Shown here piece by piece: positions 57,978 to 64,000 of a DNA stretch of 64,000 nt. The notes below the pieces were generated by a model. That model had not been told where the DNA came from and did no database searches. It was given only the letters and a program-made list of their open reading frames with translations. The number at the start of each line of letters is the position of its first letter. Positions within the stretch are counted from its first letter, which is position 1. The DNA is from Craspedostauros australis. Its lineage: Eukaryota. A program made the position numbers and the translations under genes. The stretch is taken from positions 1 through 64,000 of the forward strand of contig JALAGF010004851.1 in NCBI GenBank assembly GCA_030167865.1, in the 5' to 3' direction.

Positions 57978-60305
57978 ATGAAGTTCAGAGCCACCGCATT
58001 GCTGATCGCGTGCTTGCAAAGCGCAGCGACTGTCGTGACGGCAGGAATTGCCGATGACCAAGGCTCCTGCGTCAACACCAATGCCGATATCGACGCACCT
58101 TACGTGGATGCCAGATACGTTCTCGATGGACAGGTCCGCACCGCCATCGACGATGATTTCATCATCTCCAAGGTCTACGGTTGCGCCAGCGGCATGGAGA
58201 CCAGGACCTGTTCGCAGCGTGATGGCGAGGATGCCATCGACCCGAAGATCATCGGCGCCATCCCCCAAATGAGCAAGGCCCAGACCTTGCGGGTCCTGCA
58301 GAATGCCAAGTTCGGCTGGAAGGGCGGCGCCGGTGTTTGGCCCCAGCTCTCCCTCGCCCAGCGCATCGAACTCATCCAGAAGCTCATGCAGGAATTGAAG
58401 ACGACGAAGCGCGAAGAGATCGTCACCACGTTGATGTGGGAGATCGGCAAGAACCGAAAGGACGCCGAATCAGAATTCGATCGCACCGTCACCTTTGCCG
58501 AGAAGGTCATCCAGACGATTCAGAGCGACGACGAGTTCATGGGGGAGTGGAAGACGATCGGTTCCACCCACGCCTTCGTGCGTCGCGCGGCGATTGGAAT
58601 TCTGCTGTGTTTGGGTCCGTACAATTATCCGTTGAATGAGACCTACGCGACGTTAATCCCGGCCCTTTTGATGGGCAACATCGTCATCATGAAGGTGCCA
58701 ACGGTTGGTGGATTGTCGCATTTGCTGACGAGTAAGTGCGGTGAAGAGTGATGCGGTGTAGAGTGGGGCGAGGCAGGGTCGTTCGAGATCGCCGTGGACC
58801 ACAGCCGTTGTTGTCTGTATTCTCGAACGACGGATCAACTGCTGCAATGGTAAAGTGAAGCCTATGAATACCTATTGATATCCCCAGGCACGCTCTCTCA
58901 CGTATCTCACCTTGCATCTCCTCCTTCCTCAATTGCAGTGCAAGCCTTTGCCGACATCCTGCCTCCCAACACCATGAACTTCGTCTCGGGACGCGGACGC
59001 GATACCATGCCCGTGTTGATGGAAACCGGCGACGTGGACGGATTGGCATTCATCGGTGGTTCCAGCGCGGCGGACAAGCTCATCAAGCAGCACCCGCACC
59101 CGCACCGCCTCAAGGTCTTCTTGCAGCTGGAGGCCAAGAACATGGCGGTGAGTGACTGCGATCATTTCATGCCTCTGTTGTTATGTGTCACGATGTGTCC
59201 TGGTGTGACATGGTGTGCTTTGGTGTGCTTTGATATTCATTTTGCTGTGGTCTGCTCCATTTACATTCACATTTACATTTACAGATAGGGCACGTGTGCA
59301 TTTGGAGGTTTGGTGGGACCTTGAGATGCCAATTGCAGGCCATGGTGATCTACCCGTACGATGTTCAAGTACTCTCCGTCTCACATGTTTGCCACGTACC
59401 ATCCATTGATTCTCACGAATCTCAAATCTTGACCCAAATACGCACCCTTCCATCTATCCTATCCCACTCAATGCAAAACTGCACAACGCATCCAATTGCA
59501 ACAGGTGTTCCTTCCAACTATGTTCGGAGACGACCACGATGACGAGCTGGAATCAGCGCTTGATCAATCCGTTGTCGGCAGCTTGAGTTACAACGGGCAA
59601 CGCTGCACGGCACTGAAGCTGTTCTTTATTCCCAAAGGACACGGTGAAAGCTTCGCCACGAAGCTCGCCAAGAAGGTGGAGGCCCTGTCCGTGGGTCTTC
59701 CATGGGAGTCAACAGCGTCCGACAGCGACAGTGCCCCCGTGTACTCCAAGGTCACGCCACTTCCCAACATGAAACGGATCGAGTACATGAAGGAGCTCAT
59801 GGCGGATGCGCTGGAGAAGGGCGCCAAGGTCATGAACAAGGACGGTGGCAGCATCATCGGCGGTGCCAAATCCACCCTGATGGTCCCCGCCGTCATTTTC
59901 CCCATCACGCCCGACATGAAGCTGTACTCCGAGGAGCAGTTCGGACCCCTGATCCCCGTGACAGAGTACGACGATATCGGCACCATCCTCGACTACGGAC
60001 TGAACGGAGAGTACGGACAGCAGGTCAGCATCTTCTCGACCATCGACGATGCCGAAACGGCGACCATGCTGGTGGACAAGTTCTCTTCCGTCTTCGGCAA
60101 GATCAACATCAACAGCCAGTGCGGGCGATCGCCGGACGTGCTGCCATTCTCGGGTCGTCGATCATCCGCCATGGGTGTCATGTCGGTGAAGGATGCGCTG
60201 AAGGAATTCTCCATCCCGACGGTGGTATCTTACAAGGACGGTGGTGCCAATGCCGACATTGCTTCCGCGGTGGGCAGCAACTCCGTCTTCATGAAGAGCA
60301 TCTAG
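57978..60305 (+). CDS. gapN: Non-phosphorylating NADP-dependent glyceraldehyde-3-phosphate dehydrogenase (ALDH family) (exons 57978-58731, 58939-59147, 59505-60305)
   Basis: LMWEIGK, LGPYNYPLNETYATLIPALLMGN, FIGGS, QLEAKN, SYNGQRCTA (catalytic Cys), EEQFGP, ININSQCGRSPD..PFSGR..SA. N-terminal hydrophobic signal peptide. Confidence 0.85.
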
Positions 60306-60912
60306 AGGCAGTACGAGCATGCTTAGGCATGCGTTGTTGCAATGCAATATAGTACTCACGAATCTAAAGTATAGCAGAGAGTGAATGATATTAGATGCAA
60401 ACAAGACTCAAACGCAGAGTACGACGGATGGTATCGAATACAATAGCTCGTGCAGTAGGTGTCTGAGATGAAAAGAAAATCAACTTGGAAGTTGATATGT
60501 GTTGGGAGTGCCGGTGTTTAATGTATTATTTGAAGTATATGCACGAAAAGCATTATCGAACAACGTGAACCATGTGTTCGTCAAGTTGTGTTCTTTAGGT
60601 CGAGAACTCGTTCGTCAAAGGTACCGTTCGTGTATTTGTGGAGGGAGAAGGAACAAAACAAGACAAGGCAAAGAAAGTGAAACGGAAAGCCGGCAGAGAC
60701 GATGACCATGGCGACGACGCCGCGCAAATGAGCGGCACCCACAATGCAACCGTTGACGATCACAAACAGCAGAAGCGTTGCTCTGGAAGCACACGCACAT
60801 ACGAACACGAAGACACGCATGCCCCGACGAGTGCCCATAGCAGAAAGGAGAAGGAGCTGAGCAGCCTCGCATTGTACAATAGCACATCGGTACAGCAGTG
60901 CCGCACGCAACC

Positions 60913-62758
60913 ATGTCCGACGATGAAGATCTGTTTGATAGCGGTGGCGACACCGACGATCTGATCGCCGAGAGCAAGACCAAGCCCATCGCGAAACCCA
61001 AGAAGCTGAAGAAGAAGACCCTGAAGAAACGAAAACGTCCCGACGTGCCAGGTGAGTGTGGCAGCGCCAGCATCGATGCTTCCACATGTGCTGTATCCAA
61101 CAAGTACGGCACTGCATTGCATTGCCACATTTTGGCGACTGAATGCTCTCTCTCTCTCTCTCTCTATGTAGATATATATATGTCTGTCTGCCTATCTACC
61201 TATATATCTGCCTATATATCTATCTGCCTATCTGTCGCTCACACAAATTGCACTTGTCATCTTCATCCTGGGTTGCATTGCATGGCGGTGTTCATACCAA
61301 ACTGCACTACTCGTACCATGCACATATATGCACTCGTGTTCGAACTCACGTTCGCACGTGGCGCGATACATGAATGTCGCCACATCTCATCTCATCTCAC
61401 CCTTCCAAACAGACGCCGACAATGACAGCGACGACGGCGGCGGGTTGTTCGATTCGGACGACGAGGATGCGGGAGCATCGAAGAAATCGTCGGCCAAGCC
61501 CATGTCCAAGCGAGAGCGCATGGAGGCCCTGTCCAAAAAGAAGCGGGCCGAAGCAGCCTCCAACGCCCCCAAACCAAAGCGAAAGAAGGGCGGTGGCGAC
61601 TCCGCCAACGACGGCCAATCGGGATACGAATCGGCCGCGTCCTACGATTCCGCCACCTACGTGCGCACGCAGGAGGATAACGACTTCATCGACACGGAGG
61701 GCGATGATCAGGATGCCCTGCAGGAGCTGTACGCGGACCAGCACTTCGATGATCACGGCGAAGCCTTGGAAGAGATGGAAGTCAAGAAGAAGATCCGCGG
61801 TGCCGGCTCCTCCTCGTCATCGCGCCGGTCGGAGCGGGCCGAGCTGGAGGCCATCGCGGATGCCGACAATCCAATCATGAAGGCCGTCAACAAGATGAAG
61901 CGCAAGAAGAAGCAGCAGAAGAAGTACAGCGAGCTCGAGGAAGAGGCGAAGACCTTCATCGACAGGATGGAGCGTTGCGCGGACTTGGACGACGAGGCCA
62001 TCGCGCAGAAACGCCCGGCGCTCAAGAAGCTCACTATGCTCACGGAGGTTTGCGAGGTGCTGGGACGCCGTGACATGTTCCGCCCCTTGCTCGATTCGGA
62101 CGTCCTGTCCGTGTGCAAACGATGGATCCAACCCTTGCGCAATGGCACGTTGGGCAATGTCACCGTGCGCCAGCGCGTCATCCACGTCATCAGCATGATG
62201 AACGGCGAGGGCGGCATCACATCCAACGACCTCAAGCGGTCCGAATTCGGCAAGGTCGTCATGAGCCTCTACATGCACAGGAGCGAAACGCCCAACATGA
62301 AGCGCGAGCTCAAGAAGCTCATCGAGCAATGGAGCCGCCCCATCTTCCAGAAGTCCGGCAACATGCGTGATCTGGAACGCGTCCAGCACTCGCGTGGCAC
62401 CGCCGGATTGTCAGCCATCTCAAGGCAGAAACGAGTCATGCAGTCGCGTCCCGTCGCTGCCGCAGCCTCGGGACATCGCGGTGGCAAGGATCAGGACCTC
62501 AACTCCCTCATCCAGTCCGGCGTCAAGGGCAAGAACGAATCCGGCATCAACCGCGTGCGCGTGCCCTACAGCAAGGGCTTCCAGTACAGCGTGCGTCCCA
62601 CGAACCGCATGACGGGCGACGTCGACAAACGCCGCACGCAGCAAGTCGCCAAGGACAATCGGGGACATTTGGCAAAGAGGATGCTGGAGAAGAGCCGAAC
62701 CGCGTCCAAGAATCAACGCAGCGCCAACATCAGCGTGGAAGGTCGCGCCACCAAGTAA
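60913..62758 (+). CDS. IWS1: Transcription elongation factor IWS1/Spn1 (exons 60913-61051, 61413-62758)
   Basis: Acidic N-terminus. PALKKL.ML.EV, LLD..VL.....WI.PL..G.L.N..VR, L..S..GKVVM.LY....ET...KR....LIE.WSRPIF (TFIIS-N/IWS1 domain), RVRVP, ISVEGR. Confidence 0.9.
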
Positions 62759-63192
62759 ACCAACAACGGAGCAGAGTATGCTGCTGTATATGGTACTCAT
62801 ATGGGATGCCGCGGCAGAGAAAGAATGAGGAGGAGGAAGAAAAGAAAGGAGAGACAGATGCACCGGCGATCCACAAATCAAATCATCACATAATACATCC
62901 ACAAAACAGCTGTTCTGTTCTACACACTCTTGACTCGGCATGGAGCAACATTTGTGCGCAAGTTGAATTGTACAGTTGATCGTCTTGCGTTGGCTGCAAC
63001 AATGCAAAGTCCCATGCCATCATCACGCTGTCTGCTATCATCGATCTCACACGAACGGGATACGAGTACAAGTGTTGGATGAGAGCACTACACGTACGAC
63101 CCACACACACACAAACACGCACATACATCCAATGTGTGTTTTGTTTTCGTCTTGAATTTCTACAAACAAATCAATCTTATGAATTGACCAGT

Positions 63193-64000
63193 TTACCTCT
63201 CCTTGAGTCGCTGCTGCATTATCGCCAGACCAAGCTCGTAGATGGTCGAGGAGAGCAATCGCTCTTCGCGCTTTTGGGCGGTCTTCTCGGTTGCGCTGCG
63301 GCTCTCCAGGATCTCGATCTTGTCCTGCTTCTCCTTCAACTTGGCCTTGCATTCCTGGAGCGCCACGAGGTACTTGTCCTGGAATTTGGCCAAGGTTCGC
63401 TTCGTGTATGCCTCCAGCTTGTCCTTGTCGCTTCCGATCTTCTTGTTGATGGCCTCCTTCTTGGCCAGCAGCTCCTTCAGTCGCGCAACCTCCTTCGCCG
63501 ACTCGCCGTCTCCGCCTGCGGCAGGTGCCGAGGCAGCGGTACCGCCGTTCTTGTTGAGGGCCTCCACCTGCTCGCGCAGCTTGGAGTTTTCGATTTCCAA
63601 TCGCATCGTCTTCTCGCGCATCTGGGACACGTCCTGGCTTCCATCCATGGCCAATCCTTCCACAGCACCGGCCACGTCGTCAACCTCCACACTCTGCTTG
63701 GCGCGCAGCTCCTTGAGCTCCTCTTCGTACAGCTTCTTGGCATCCTCGGCGGCGTTGAGACGGGTCCTCAGGCCGACCAGCTCGGTCGATGTCGATTTGA
63801 GGGATTCCGACTTTTCCGACTGGTCCTTGACGGCGGCAGCCAGCTTCTTCTGGAGCTGATCAACCTCCCGCTGCAAGGTCTTGGTCTTCTTGACTTCGGC
63901 CTCCAGGTCCATAATTTGTCGCAGGTATCCGGCGGCCTGATCCTCGAGGTCGGTCATCTGCTGATTCATCACGCCGACGCCCTCAAGCTTTTTCTTGTAG
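63193..64000 (-). CDS. HOOK: Hook-family coiled-coil protein, C-terminal part (partial)
   Basis: Frame open to the window edge (YKKKLE...). Coiled coil with REK.MRLE.EN..L and the C-terminal REERLLSSTIYELG motif characteristic of Hook proteins. Confidence 0.8.
   Translation of the reverse strand, partial: YKKKLEGVGVMNQQMTDLEDQAAGYLRQIMDLEAEVKKTKTLQREVDQLQKKLAAAVKDQSEKSESLKSTSTELVGLRTRLNAAEDAKKLYEEELKELRAKQSVEVDDVAGAVEGLAMDGSQDVSQMREKTMRLEIENSKLREQVEALNKNGGTAASAPAAGGDGESAKEVARLKELLAKKEAINKKIGSDKDKLEAYTKRTLAKFQDKYLVALQECKAKLKEKQDKIEILESRSATEKTAQKREERLLSSTIYELGLAIMQQRLKER

Overview
Gene-dense eukaryotic nuclear DNA, very probably from a diatom. The evidence is GT-AG introns, bipartite plastid presequences with ASAFAP-type cleavage motifs (hemC, RlmH, trigger-factor-like) and a protein of the diatom-expanded GQVG[IL]RCxHC family. 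I can support about 24 protein-coding loci. They include divergent histones H2B/H2A, dihydroorotase, a bacterial-like DUF1569 protein, mitochondrial L27, F-box/SPRY, RlmH, HemC, a mucin-like membrane protein, Rab18, an RWD protein, MetRS and a SAM methyltransferase. They also include a 2006-aa ankyrin protein, an OCRE/C2H2 protein, DPM1, a PGAP1-like hydrolase, trigger factor N-domain, AP-4 mu, an MBD/DDT/WHIM chromatin protein, GapN, IWS1 and Hook (partial). Exon boundaries were read by eye. No tRNA, rRNA, CRISPR array or intact transposon was seen. The most striking non-coding signal is a 44-bp element that is identical about 280-290 nt downstream of both histone genes. It holds a 6-bp-stem/4-nt-loop hairpin with a non-canonical stem and a conserved downstream tail. 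This points to a stem-loop-type histone mRNA 3'-processing system acting on intron-containing histone genes. Family names come from motif recognition, not from database searches.
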